Positions 49,771 to 59,680 of a stretch of DNA of 64,000 nt are shown here, in pieces. Source of the stretch: Rhodothermales bacterium (GTDB lineage Bacteria; Bacteroidota; Rhodothermia; Rhodothermales; VXPQ01); NCBI GenBank assembly GCA_040904565.1, contig JBBDTI010000013.1, positions 96,001 through 160,000 of the forward strand. The letters are read 5' to 3'. The notes beneath the pieces are model-generated. The model searched no databases. It was given only the letters and a program-made list of their open reading frames with translations, and was not told the DNA's origin. Positions within the stretch are counted from its first letter, which is position 1. Every line of letters begins with the position of its first letter. Position numbers and translations under genes: made by a program.

Positions 49771-50259
49771 ATGCCCGCGACGAGATTGTTGGAAATTCAC
49801 GATCTGCTGACTCCCAATACCGTCCGCGTCGATCTTCCCGGGTCGACGAAGGAAGAGGTGCTGGACGGCGTCATCGCTCTGCTTGAGGACCACCCGGCCG
49901 TGGAGGACCTGGAGGCGGTTAGAGCCGCCATACTGAGTCGCGAAGCGGTTATGTCTACCGGTGTCGGAAAGGGTCTTGCTCTTCCGCATGCCAAGACCCC
50001 GGCGGTGCGCGAAAGTGTGGCGGCCTTTGCGGTCACGCGGGAGCCCATCGATTTCGGCTCGATCGACAACCATCCCGTCCGCCTGATCTTCCTTCTCGTG
50101 GGAACAGACGCCGCCAAGTCGGAGCACATCAAGATCCTTAGCCGCGTTTCACGGCTCATGAATCGAGAACACGTGCGCGAGCGGTTGCTGGACGTGTCGA
50201 GCCGTGATGACGTACTTCAGATCTTTGCCAGCAGTGAAAGTGACCTTCTCGATGGATGA
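49771..50259 (+). CDS. PTS EIIA (Fru/Ntr-type) domain protein
   Basis: REAVMSTGVGKGLALPHAK with the phospho-His; IDFGSID. Confidence 0.9.
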   Translation: MPATRLLEIHDLLTPNTVRVDLPGSTKEEVLDGVIALLEDHPAVEDLEAVRAAILSREAVMSTGVGKGLALPHAKTPAVRESVAAFAVTREPIDFGSIDNHPVRLIFLLVGTDAAKSEHIKILSRVSRLMNREHVRERLLDVSSRDDVLQIFASSESDLLDG

Positions 50260-50318
50260 GTCGGTTCCACGTTCCCACCTTTCGTCCGTAACCTGCCCTT
50301 CATTTCTTCCGGAGCTTC

Positions 50319-51632
50319 GTGTCCACCACCTACCAGACCATTAAGGGTACGTTCGACGTGTTGCCCGATCCGTCCACGACGGACGGTTCGACGATCCCGG
50401 GCAGTGCTGGATGGCAGTTCGTTGAGGCTGCGATTCGCAGGGTGATGGCCCGCTTCAACCTCGAGGAGATCAGGACGCCGATTCTCGAGGAAACGGAGCT
50501 GATTGCGCGAGGTGTCGGCGAACTCACCGACATCGTAACGAAAGAGATGTTCGCTTTCGAGCGCGGCGACGATCACTATGTGCTACGTCCTGAAATCACG
50601 GCCCCCGTAATGAGGGCTTATCTTCAGCACCACCTCGAGCAGCGGGGCGGCGTCCAGAAGCTGTATTATATCGGTCCGTGCTTTCGTGCCGAGCGGCCTC
50701 AAAAAGGCCGATATCGGCAGTTTCACCAGTTTGGATGCGAGCTGATCGGCGCTGACGATCCGCGAGCGGACGTAGAGACGATCGCCCTGATGATGGCCGT
50801 GTATGAAGAGTTCGGGCTCCAGCGATGCTACCTGCGCATCAATACGCTGGGCGGCGCTGAGACCCGTCCGCGGTACAAGGAAGCTCTGACAGCATATTTC
50901 GAGCCGTTCCGAGACCGCTTGTCCGAAACGAGCCGGAACAGGTTGGCGTCGAATCCGCTCCGCATCCTCGACACAAAAGACGAGCGTGAACGGGAACTGC
51001 TGGAGGAAGCGCCCCGCCTCATCGATTTCGTCGATGAGGAAAGCCGCGCACACTACGAGCAGGTAAAGATGTATCTTGACGATCTGGACATCGAATACCG
51101 GGAGGATCCGTTTCTTGTTCGTGGACTCGACTACTACACCCATACCGCGTTTGAGCTGGAGAGTCCGGATCTGGGGGCGCAAAGTGCGCTGGCCGGAGGT
51201 GGACGCTACGATTTGCTGGCGAGCGACCTCGGAGCAAATCGGCGCGTTCCTGCCGTGGGATTCGCGGCCGGTTTGGAGCGACTGTTCCTGGCTCTCGACG
51301 CTCAGAATGTGGCGCTGCCCGCCGCCGTCGTACCGGACGTGTTTCTCGTAGCGCTGGGGGATGAGGCCGCTCGGTGGGTCTTCGGTCATGCGCAGCGTCT
51401 TCGCCGGGATGGCCTGCAGGTCGGGCTGGATCTGAAGGGGCGGTCCATGAAAGCCCAGATGCGGGAAGCAAATCGGCAGAACGCTCCCTTCACGATCATC
51501 GTCGGCCAGAACGAGCTGGAAGCAGGCAGGGTCCAGTTGAAGGAAATGGAGTCCGGTGAGCAGGTCGAACTGCGACCGGAAGAGGTGGTTGACTACGTGC
51601 GGGAGCATCGAGCAGCAGCGAAAACCGACTAG
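50319..51632 (+). CDS. hisS: histidine--tRNA ligase
   Basis: KGTFD, LRPEITA, FRAERPQKGRYRQF, LVRGLDYY and GGGRYD. Confidence 0.98.
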   Translation: MSTTYQTIKGTFDVLPDPSTTDGSTIPGSAGWQFVEAAIRRVMARFNLEEIRTPILEETELIARGVGELTDIVTKEMFAFERGDDHYVLRPEITAPVMRAYLQHHLEQRGGVQKLYYIGPCFRAERPQKGRYRQFHQFGCELIGADDPRADVETIALMMAVYEEFGLQRCYLRINTLGGAETRPRYKEALTAYFEPFRDRLSETSRNRLASNPLRILDTKDERERELLEEAPRLIDFVDEESRAHYEQVKMYLDDLDIEYREDPFLVRGLDYYTHTAFELESPDLGAQSALAGGGRYDLLASDLGANRRVPAVGFAAGLERLFLALDAQNVALPAAVVPDVFLVALGDEAARWVFGHAQRLRRDGLQVGLDLKGRSMKAQMREANRQNAPFTIIVGQNELEAGRVQLKEMESGEQVELRPEEVVDYVREHRAAAKTD

Positions 51633-51661
51633 TACCCCGCGGCCTAACCCGAGCAGAGTCC

Positions 51662-52597
51662 ATGTATCCCCGATTAAGCGACATATTCAGAGATCTGTTC
51701 GGGTTCAGTTTGCCGTTTCCGATCTATTCGTTCGGGGCGATGGTGGCGCTCGGTGTGCTGACGGCGATGTGGCTCACCCAGCGTGAGCTCGATCGCATGT
51801 ACGCCGAGGGCAGGCTGAGCAGCATTCGAATTCAGGACGATAAATCCGGCAAGCGGGGCCGACCCGTGACGCGCGAGGCCAGTCCGTCCGCCCTCATCGG
51901 TACGGTGACCGTGCTGGCCGTCGTGCTGGGCATCGCAGGTTCGAAGCTGTTTCACATCCTCGAGAATCTGGATACGTTCTACGCCGACCCTCTCGGCATG
52001 ATCTTTTCCACGGGTGGACTCACGTTCTACGGCGGGCTGATCGTCGCGGGGGCCGGCATCGCCTGGTACGTGCGGAAGAAAGGCCTGAGTCCGCGCGCCT
52101 TCGCCGACGCTTTCGCTCCGGGATTGATGATTGGCTACGGCATCGGACGGATCGGCTGCCACCTGGCCGGAGATGGTGATTGGGGCATCGCGGCAGATAT
52201 GAGCCTGAAGCCTGAATGGCTGCCGACGTGGATGTGGGCGGAAACGTACCCGAACAACATTCTGGGTGCCGACCTCGCTGCGCCCGGCGTTTATCCGACG
52301 TCGATCTACGAGTTTCTTTTTGCCGCGCTGCTTTTCGGTGTGCTTTGGGTTTTCCGAAAGCATCCCTACCGCGGCGGCTGGCTTTTTTCCTTCTACCTCC
52401 TGCTCGCCGGTATCGAGCGCATGCTCATAGAGCAGATTCGCGTGAACAACGAATTCGACCTGCTCGGGATGACGGTGACGCAGGCCGAGCTGATCTCGTT
52501 TGCGATCATCCTCGTTGGCGTCGTCGGACTTGCGCTGACTTCGAAGCGGCGAACTCCGGATCGCAGCGCCGAGGAAGCCGTCGCATCGGCAGCCTGA
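51662..52597 (+). CDS. lgt: prolipoprotein diacylglyceryl transferase
   Basis: GGLTFYGG, GRIGC..GDGDWG, YPTSIYE and ER..IE..R. Confidence 0.93.
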   Translation: MYPRLSDIFRDLFGFSLPFPIYSFGAMVALGVLTAMWLTQRELDRMYAEGRLSSIRIQDDKSGKRGRPVTREASPSALIGTVTVLAVVLGIAGSKLFHILENLDTFYADPLGMIFSTGGLTFYGGLIVAGAGIAWYVRKKGLSPRAFADAFAPGLMIGYGIGRIGCHLAGDGDWGIAADMSLKPEWLPTWMWAETYPNNILGADLAAPGVYPTSIYEFLFAALLFGVLWVFRKHPYRGGWLFSFYLLLAGIERMLIEQIRVNNEFDLLGMTVTQAELISFAIILVGVVGLALTSKRRTPDRSAEEAVASAA

Positions 52598-52634
52598 TCC
52601 CTGGTTTGCCACGAGTCCTTTCTACTTCCTGCCG

Positions 52635-54038
52635 ATGATGGACCTGGAGCCGTATCTCGAGCGCGCGCGTGACGCCATCTGCAACTGGGAAGCGGAATGG
52701 GGCGCCTTCGAACCGCATGAAGCGGCGGAGATAGACGGGCGATCGTTCGAGGAGGCCGTGGGCGAGTACGTGGAGCGGCTGAAGGGCAACTATCCGTTCT
52801 TCCATCCCCGCTATGCGGGACAGATGCTGAAGCCGCCCCATCCTGCCGCCGTCGTCGGTTATCTGGCAGCGATGCTGATCAATCCCAACAATCACGCGCT
52901 CGACGGGGGGCCTCCGACCAGTGCCATGGAGAAGGAGGTGGTTCGCCAGATTGCCGGTATGTTCGGCTACCCGGACGACGCGCTTGGCCATTTGACGGGC
53001 GGCGGTACGATTGCAAATCTCGAGGCGACGTGGGTGGCGCGGGAGTCTCATCCCGACCGGGGGGTGGCCGTGAGCGATCAGGCTCATTACACCCACTTTC
53101 GCCTGGGTAACGTCCTGAAGATGGAAACGCGCACCGTCCCATCGGACGAGCATGGTCGGATGCAGCTCGAGGCACTGGAACCCGCCGTGCGGCGGGGTGA
53201 GATAGGAACGATCGTCGTCACGGCCGGGACGACGGGTCTGGGCGCCGTCGATCCCATAGCGGACGTGGTTGAATGGAGGGATCGCTACGGCGTGCGGGTC
53301 CACGTGGATGCGGCCTACGGCGGGTTTTTTGCGCTGAGCGCCGCCGACCCGTCTTCGCCGCTGGATGCCGAGACCCGGCGTCACCTCGAAGCGATCGGCG
53401 CCTGCGATTCTATCGTCGTCGATCCCCACAAGCACGGTTTGCAGCCGTACGGGTGCGGGTGCGTCCTATTCCGGAATCCTGAAGCTGGACGCGTGTATCG
53501 CCACGAATCACCATATACGTACTTTACGTCCGAGGAGCTGCACCTGGGCGAGATCAGTTTTGAATGTTCTCGGCCAGGTGCTGCGGCGGGTGCGCTGTGG
53601 CTCACGCTGCAGGTGCTGCCACTGGAGGCGTCAGCCGGACTCGGAACCGTCGTGACGGCGGGACTGCGAGCGGCCAGGCAATGGCACCGGCGGTTGGAGA
53701 AATCGGATGCCCTGAGATCGTACATGCCGCCCGAGCTCGACATCGTCACGTATTTCCCGGAGCCGGAGTCATCGTCGAAGAACGAACAGCCCCCCCGAAC
53801 GACTCGTACCGTTTCGGCGCGATCCCAACAGATCTTCGAACGTGGAATGGACCGCGCCGAGGACCCGGTGTTTGTCAGCATCCTGCGTGAGGATGCGGGA
53901 CGCTTCATAGAGCGGCATGGTGACATCTCGGCCGATACGACGGAGGTGCGCCTCCTTCGGAGCGTCATGATGAAGCCGGAACATGAGCACTATGTCGACG
54001 AACTCTACCGACTTGTCATGGATGCAGTGAGGATCTGA
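52635..54038 (+). CDS. group II PLP-dependent decarboxylase
   Basis: HPRYAGQM, GGTIANLEA, AGTTGLGAVD, HVDAAYGG and DPHKHG. Confidence 0.9.
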   Translation: MMDLEPYLERARDAICNWEAEWGAFEPHEAAEIDGRSFEEAVGEYVERLKGNYPFFHPRYAGQMLKPPHPAAVVGYLAAMLINPNNHALDGGPPTSAMEKEVVRQIAGMFGYPDDALGHLTGGGTIANLEATWVARESHPDRGVAVSDQAHYTHFRLGNVLKMETRTVPSDEHGRMQLEALEPAVRRGEIGTIVVTAGTTGLGAVDPIADVVEWRDRYGVRVHVDAAYGGFFALSAADPSSPLDAETRRHLEAIGACDSIVVDPHKHGLQPYGCGCVLFRNPEAGRVYRHESPYTYFTSEELHLGEISFECSRPGAAAGALWLTLQVLPLEASAGLGTVVTAGLRAARQWHRRLEKSDALRSYMPPELDIVTYFPEPESSSKNEQPPRTTRTVSARSQQIFERGMDRAEDPVFVSILREDAGRFIERHGDISADTTEVRLLRSVMMKPEHEHYVDELYRLVMDAVRI

Positions 54039-54044
54039 CCTGCT

Positions 54045-54821
54045 ATGGCCGATCATCGAAACGAGGAGGCGTCCCTACTGCTGGGTCGCAATCCGGTGCG
54101 GGAGGCGATCGAGCGCAGCCCGCGCAACATCGAAAAAGTAATGATCCAGCAGGAGGGAGGCGGTCAGGATCTGGCAGATATCCGCCGGCTTGCATCGGAT
54201 GCCGGCTTGCAGGTCCAGTTCGTTCCCGAAGGACGGCTCAACCAGCTCGCACGCGGACTCAACCACCAGGGGGTTGCCGCGTATGCAGCGCCCGTGGCGT
54301 ACGTGGATGTGAACGAGATGCTCGAGTCGATTGCTCCGACACGTGAGGATGTAACGAAGCGAAAGCCGCGTATTCTGGTCCTGGACGAGATTCAGGATCC
54401 GTTCAACTTCGGAGCCATCCTCCGAACGGCCGTTGCATCCGGAACCGATGGCGTGATCGTCCCGCAGCGCAACATGGCGCCGCTCAATGCGGCAGCGATG
54501 AAGGCGAGTGCGGGTACAGCCAACCGGATCGCTATCGCCCGGGTCGCGAACGTGGGCGATACGATCTACCAGCTAAAGGAACGTGGATACTGGGTCGCTG
54601 GAGCAGCCGCGTCCGGCGACGTCAGCGTCTGGGATATGGATTGGGACCGTCCGGTGGCCGTCGTCATTGGAAGCGAGGGAAAAGGAATCCGGCATCGTAT
54701 TCTGACCGAATGCGACTATCGCGTGACCATCCCCATGGCCGGCCCAGCCGAGTCGCTGAACGCTTCCGTAGCAGCCGGGATACTCCTTTTTGCTGCCGGC
54801 AGGCACCGATCAGGCGCCTGA
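54045..54821 (+). CDS. rlmB: 23S rRNA Gm2251 methyltransferase RlmB
   Basis: GRNPVREA, NHQGV, QDPFNFGAI, IGSEGKG and SLNASVA. Confidence 0.93.
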   Translation: MADHRNEEASLLLGRNPVREAIERSPRNIEKVMIQQEGGGQDLADIRRLASDAGLQVQFVPEGRLNQLARGLNHQGVAAYAAPVAYVDVNEMLESIAPTREDVTKRKPRILVLDEIQDPFNFGAILRTAVASGTDGVIVPQRNMAPLNAAAMKASAGTANRIAIARVANVGDTIYQLKERGYWVAGAAASGDVSVWDMDWDRPVAVVIGSEGKGIRHRILTECDYRVTIPMAGPAESLNASVAAGILLFAAGRHRSGA

Positions 54822-54836
54822 CTGCCGGGTCGAATC

Positions 54837-55091
54837 CTATCGATTGTTCAGCTTGTAGACAATCTTCCGGATCGTGTCGAACTGCAGATAAGGATATTCG
54901 CCCCGAAGCGATTCGATCGCATCGTACGCGGGCACTTCTTCCTCTCTCATGCGACGAAACTTGCGGCGAATCTGGAAGTCGCGCACGCTCTTTTCGTTGA
55001 AAAGATTGTGTTCTTCAAGCAGCTTGAAGACATCGTCGCTGATCAGCTCAGACAGCGGGTTGGGGCCTTCATATTCCGTTGATGCCTGCAT
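54837..55091 (-). CDS. small hypothetical protein, possible HTH-like DNA binder
   Basis: 84 aa from MQAST; helical, with basic IRRKFRRMR and C-terminal YPYLQFDTIRKIVY; good codon usage. Confidence 0.75.
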   Translation of the reverse strand: MQASTEYEGPNPLSELISDDVFKLLEEHNLFNEKSVRDFQIRRKFRRMREEEVPAYDAIESLRGEYPYLQFDTIRKIVYKLNNR

Positions 55092-55341
55092 AGTCCTTGC
55101 GGAGTCTTGTTCCTGGTGGACGTGACGATGGGGATGTCGTCTGGCCATGTCGGCAATAATAAGACTATGTTATGGCGACGCTATATCTGCTAATAGTTAT
55201 GTGAACGGTTACAAGCGGGGGATGAGTCGTTGTTGAGGTCTCGTGAATAGTAGTTGCCGGTTGCGTGAAGGGGTCGCCGACCGCCAGGAGGGTCGAGAAC
55301 GCGGCATGGGGCCGGGTCCGGTGATGCGACTACCAGTACGC

Positions 55342-57744
55342 TTAATTGCACGCCTGGGACGTCCGAACGTACGATTGAACGGACGGTGCACGGATGTCGT
55401 CGATATGCTCGAAGACGCGTTCCTGGAATCCGGCTGACTCCAATGCCGCGACAGCTGACGAGGCAACGGCGGGATCACGGTCGGCCAGCAGGTCGGCGAG
55501 CCGGTCGACGGCGACATCGGAGGAAGGTGCCAGGCTGCCAAGGAGGCGGACGGCGGCCAGGCGAAGCCGGAGGGGATATCCCTCTGACGCGTACCGCAAC
55601 CCCTCCTCGCGGGCTACGTCGGGTACCCGGTCTCGCAGCTCTCCGAGCGCGTCGAGTCCGGCCGCCCTGATCACGTCATCGTGAGACGGCGTCACGAGCG
55701 CCGAACGCGCTACGTCGATCGCATTGTCCGGACCGATTCGGGCGTATGTACGGACGGCCTCGGCCTGAAGGTCATAGTGAACATCCGTTTCTGCGGCCCG
55801 CAGTGCAAGCCGCGCCGCAGCCGCACTCGACATAGTGTCGGCCAGCGCGCGCAGAACGGCACGTCGAACGATCGGGGATGGGTCGCCGTAGGTGTCGATG
55901 AGTACTCGTTCGGAAGCGGATCCTGAAGGAAGGCGGCCGATGGCCTCGACAATGGCGGCCCTCACGCCGGCGTTAGATTCGGCATCCAGAGCGGCTCGAA
56001 GACCGAGTAAGAGGGTATTTCCGGCCTCTGCACCGCCGAGGTTGTCAGCGGCGACACGGCGCGCATGGGGGGCCGTGGCATAGCGAAGCTGGGCCACCCA
56101 GGCCGACGAAGACTGATCCGTGTTATGCTCGATCAGCCAGTCCCCATCCGGGTCGATGGCAACGTATCGCGGACGACCGGAGATCGAAAGATCGTAGGTC
56201 CTGACGGCGTCGTTCATCCGCACGTCGAAGCGCTCGGCGCCATCGAGCATCCCAATTTCGACGGTCAGGTCGAGGGGAAAGACGTCCGGCACGGATTCAC
56301 CGGATTGAACCTGCTCGACTCGTAGCCGGAGACTGTTATCACCAGAGGAATAACGCACGTCCAGCACCGGATGGCCGCCGCCGTAGATCCAGGTGTCGGC
56401 GAAGCCCATTACGTCCTTCTCCGTGGCCTCGGAGACGGCCTCTATCCAGTCTGCCGTAGTGACGCGGCCATATGCGTTCTCGGCGAGGAAATGGCGCACC
56501 GCAGCCTGGAACGCCTCGGCGCCGACCGATCTGCGGAGCATGTGGAGGACCCACGTGCCGCGGGTCGTCGTCTGGGCATCGAGGAGTTCCGATGGGTGGT
56601 TCCATCGATTCCAGACGAGCGGGCGGGGTGAGGAGGCGTTTTCCATATACGTCGCGCGGAGTGCTTCGAGCGCTTCCGCGTCGGGTTCGCCCGTATCCAT
56701 AGCCAGCACATCAAGATACGCTGGAAAGGCCTCTTCCATCCATGCGTGCCGCCAGGAGTCGACGGACGTGACCGTGCCGAACCACTGCTGAAGAAGAGGG
56801 CGCGTCAGCTCGGAGGGCGGGGCGTAGGGCGTTTCGTCGCGGTCATCGGGCTCAACGTATGGCGGCACCGCAACGACACCCGAAGCGGACGAAGCGCGAC
56901 CGTCCACATGGATCTGCGCGTATCGCTCGAAGGGATAGGACAGCCCCGTCCATTCCGAGAGGAAGTCCATCCGATCCGCAATGGCGGAGATCGCGCCTTC
57001 GGGAGCCCGGGGCCGGTCCGTCGTTCGGTCGCGACGCATCCACCAGGTGAGGGCGGTCCGGCGTCCACCCGGTATGTTGCCGAAGATGGTTCCGGTGTCT
57101 ACCACTCCGGCAGCCACGCCGATTCGACGTGCCGGAAGCTCGTGCGGGATCGAGAATTGAAAGGTGGACCGCCCCTCTTCCGACGACTGCACGCCGGTGG
57201 GGACGCCCGACGCGGCGGCAGACCAGCCGAGAGGCACGGACAGATGAATGTCGGCGGTGAGGCGGTCGTGAACGTCGGGCGTGGCGGGAAACCAGGTACT
57301 GAGCGGATCGATTGCAAGGGTCAGTTCCTCAGATCCGGCGGTCGGAGGTGCGCGGAAATAGAGCACGAGCCCCGTTCGCACTCCCCCCTCTATCGTGTCG
57401 GGAAGCGCCAGCGAAAGGACACCGTTCGCGGTCGTATCGATTTCGATGGGTGCAGCACCGAAGAAGGCGCTGTCGACGATGGCCGAATTCCTGCCAAGCA
57501 AAATGGTGTCGGCATCGTTTGCGAAGCTCAGTTCGAGTGCGGCGCGTCCCTGAAAACGACCGTCTTCGAAGACGTCGAGCGATAGGTCGGCATGGCGCAG
57601 ATCGTACGCGTCGGCCCGGGACTCATGGATGGGTGCGGCGTACGGAAATGCGGTGCAGGAGGCCGGGTCTCCTTCGCTTACCTGTCCCGCCGCGGGTCGG
57701 GCGAAGAGCACAAACAATCCCACGATGAGGGCAACGCGAGGCAT
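55342..57744 (-). CDS. secreted M1 aminopeptidase-like protein with HEAT repeats (catalytic motifs degenerate)
   Basis: Signal peptide, WFP, YPFERYAQ, QWFG...W..AWMEEAF, RGTWVLHMLR and FADTWIY..GHP; HEAT repeats at the C-terminus. Confidence 0.85.
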   Translation of the reverse strand: MPRVALIVGLFVLFARPAAGQVSEGDPASCTAFPYAAPIHESRADAYDLRHADLSLDVFEDGRFQGRAALELSFANDADTILLGRNSAIVDSAFFGAAPIEIDTTANGVLSLALPDTIEGGVRTGLVLYFRAPPTAGSEELTLAIDPLSTWFPATPDVHDRLTADIHLSVPLGWSAAASGVPTGVQSSEEGRSTFQFSIPHELPARRIGVAAGVVDTGTIFGNIPGGRRTALTWWMRRDRTTDRPRAPEGAISAIADRMDFLSEWTGLSYPFERYAQIHVDGRASSASGVVAVPPYVEPDDRDETPYAPPSELTRPLLQQWFGTVTSVDSWRHAWMEEAFPAYLDVLAMDTGEPDAEALEALRATYMENASSPRPLVWNRWNHPSELLDAQTTTRGTWVLHMLRRSVGAEAFQAAVRHFLAENAYGRVTTADWIEAVSEATEKDVMGFADTWIYGGGHPVLDVRYSSGDNSLRLRVEQVQSGESVPDVFPLDLTVEIGMLDGAERFDVRMNDAVRTYDLSISGRPRYVAIDPDGDWLIEHNTDQSSSAWVAQLRYATAPHARRVAADNLGGAEAGNTLLLGLRAALDAESNAGVRAAIVEAIGRLPSGSASERVLIDTYGDPSPIVRRAVLRALADTMSSAAAARLALRAAETDVHYDLQAEAVRTYARIGPDNAIDVARSALVTPSHDDVIRAAGLDALGELRDRVPDVAREEGLRYASEGYPLRLRLAAVRLLGSLAPSSDVAVDRLADLLADRDPAVASSAVAALESAGFQERVFEHIDDIRAPSVQSYVRTSQACN

Positions 57745-57748
57745 AGAA

Positions 57749-58822
57749 TCAGTCCGATCGATCTTCTTTCGCCGCGATCGTTCGCAGGCGGAGGCGGTGG
57801 AGGCTGGAGCCTTGCAGGACCAGACAGATCGCGCCGGTCGCTACGTAAAGGACGAGCTGCGCCGCGTGCGAGAGAACCGCATAGGATGCCGCCGCCTCCT
57901 GGCTCACGGCGAAAAGGTATACAAGGCTCTGGATGGTAATATAATGATAGGATCCCACTCCACCGGGCGATGGAATCGCGACACCGACGGCGCCGAGGAT
58001 CATAATCGACCATGCATCGACGAACGACAGGTCATAGGCATCCACCATCCCCAGCATCACGAAGGGCAGGTAGGCCATCAGTGTATAGAATAACCAGATG
58101 CCGATCGTGCTGATGACGAGCGTTCCACGTTCCGGCGAACGAACGAGCGTCGCTATCCCGTCACGGAACGACAGCAGCACGGGTCGTGCACGATCCGCCC
58201 AGGAAGGGGCCCCGCTGGAGGCGTCGCGGCGGAGCATCGTCCGATAGAGTAAGAGTACGAGAATCGCCACGACGGCGATACCTGCGCCGAGTGCGATGGC
58301 GGGGATCCTCCCAAGCTGTTCCGTGAGGGGCGTTAGAAACAGCCGATCGATCGTCGCCGCACGGTCGATCAGCAGCACGAACACGCTTGCCAGCGCGAGG
58401 GCCAGCACGATCACGTCGAGGATCCGCTCGACCACCACCGTGCCGAAAAGGCTGCTGAAGCCGATATGCGTTCTTGCAGAGAGATTGGCCGTCCGGGCTA
58501 TCTCGCCCAATCTCGGTGCGGCGTAATTGACCATATACCCGATCATCAGAGAAGAAAACGCGCCCCCCGTCGTAGGCGGCCTGCCGTCGGAGGCGGTCTC
58601 CTCATCGGGCAGCGCCCTGATAAGTACCTGCCAGCGCCATGCCCGGAGCCAGTGGCTGAAGAGTGCTACGCCCGCGAGCGGTACGAGCCATCGATAGTCG
58701 GCGCGTCGAAGTGCGCCGAGCATCGCTCCGAAATCGACGCCTCGGAGGGAGAGATAAAGGAGGACGCCTGCCAGGACGAAGCTCGCGATCTGGGCAATTA
58801 GGCTCCGTTGGCGTGGCGACAT
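57749..58822 (-). CDS. lysylphosphatidylglycerol synthase TM-domain (flippase-like, UPF0104) protein
   Basis: RAWRW, GYMVN..PRLGE..R, VVERILD and PSPGGVG. Confidence 0.9.
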   Translation of the reverse strand: MSPRQRSLIAQIASFVLAGVLLYLSLRGVDFGAMLGALRRADYRWLVPLAGVALFSHWLRAWRWQVLIRALPDEETASDGRPPTTGGAFSSLMIGYMVNYAAPRLGEIARTANLSARTHIGFSSLFGTVVVERILDVIVLALALASVFVLLIDRAATIDRLFLTPLTEQLGRIPAIALGAGIAVVAILVLLLYRTMLRRDASSGAPSWADRARPVLLSFRDGIATLVRSPERGTLVISTIGIWLFYTLMAYLPFVMLGMVDAYDLSFVDAWSIMILGAVGVAIPSPGGVGSYHYITIQSLVYLFAVSQEAAASYAVLSHAAQLVLYVATGAICLVLQGSSLHRLRLRTIAAKEDRSD

Positions 58823-59475
58823 TACGAGCGAAGGTCGATGACTTCGGCGCCGTTCGGAGGTGTGAACTGAAACACGGTGGAATCGAGCGCCGGATTGAGT
58901 TCGATGTTCGTCAGAATAAAGTCCATCGTCGTGCCGTTAACATCCACGACCTGCAGACGAGTAATAATATCGTCTCGCGTTCTCATCGAAAGTGTTGCCT
59001 CCGTGAAGAAGGCTTCCTCTGATTCGGGTTCGAGCGTCAGCACGAAATGCTCCTCGCCGTCGACCGTCGTCGTTTGGACGGATGTGGCGTCGAACTTTTC
59101 ATCATAATCGAAGAGGAACTCGCTGACGGAAAAGGACTGCTCGTCCTCCGAATAATCGTTGATGAGGACCTGGTCTTGCGAGCGCATAAAGACCCAGGTT
59201 ACGATACCGTCCGTCACGAGCGTCTGTCCGTCCGTCTCAACGCGGTATTTTTCACCGCTCGCGATCAAGACGCCGCTCGACGTAGCCTCGTCATCCATGT
59301 ACGACGAGCGCATCGTCTGCGCAAAATCCGCCCGCAGCGCATCGATCGATTCATACTTGGTCTTGAGCCGCTCGAAGACCTCGTCGACACTCTGGGCGGT
59401 CGCCGGCCCGGACGGTACGACGAGAGCCCCCAGGAGGAGTGCGAGGAGCGCGACGAAGAATGATCGCATGGACAT
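58822..59475 (-). CDS. lolA: outer-membrane lipoprotein carrier LolA
   Basis: Signal peptide, ADFAQ, LVTDG..W...QV and C-terminal FQFTPPNGAEVIDLR. Confidence 0.88.
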   Translation of the reverse strand: MSMRSFFVALLALLLGALVVPSGPATAQSVDEVFERLKTKYESIDALRADFAQTMRSSYMDDEATSSGVLIASGEKYRVETDGQTLVTDGIVTWVFMRSQDQVLINDYSEDEQSFSVSEFLFDYDEKFDATSVQTTTVDGEEHFVLTLEPESEEAFFTEATLSMRTRDDIITRLQVVDVNGTTMDFILTNIELNPALDSTVFQFTPPNGAEVIDLRS

Positions 59476-59602
59476 ACTGTATTACCATGTTTTAGGACGA
59501 AAGGCGCGGTCCCCATCCGGACCGGACGGGCCCGCGTCGACGAGCAGGCTAAAAATGAGTACGCTGCGACGAGTCAGCCGCACCGAGCCGGTTCAATAGC
59601 AG

Positions 59603-59616
59603 GCAAAGCTCGTGCC
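59603..59616 (-). promoter_or_regulatory. putative sigma54 -24/-12 promoter
   Basis: Minus strand GGCACG-AGCT-TTGC, about 130 nt upstream of lolA. Confidence 0.55.
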
Positions 59617-59680
59617 GCCAGCAAATATAACAGGCCGCTCGTTGTGTTGGTTCGGTAGAGTCGCGCGATCCGGCGAAAAT

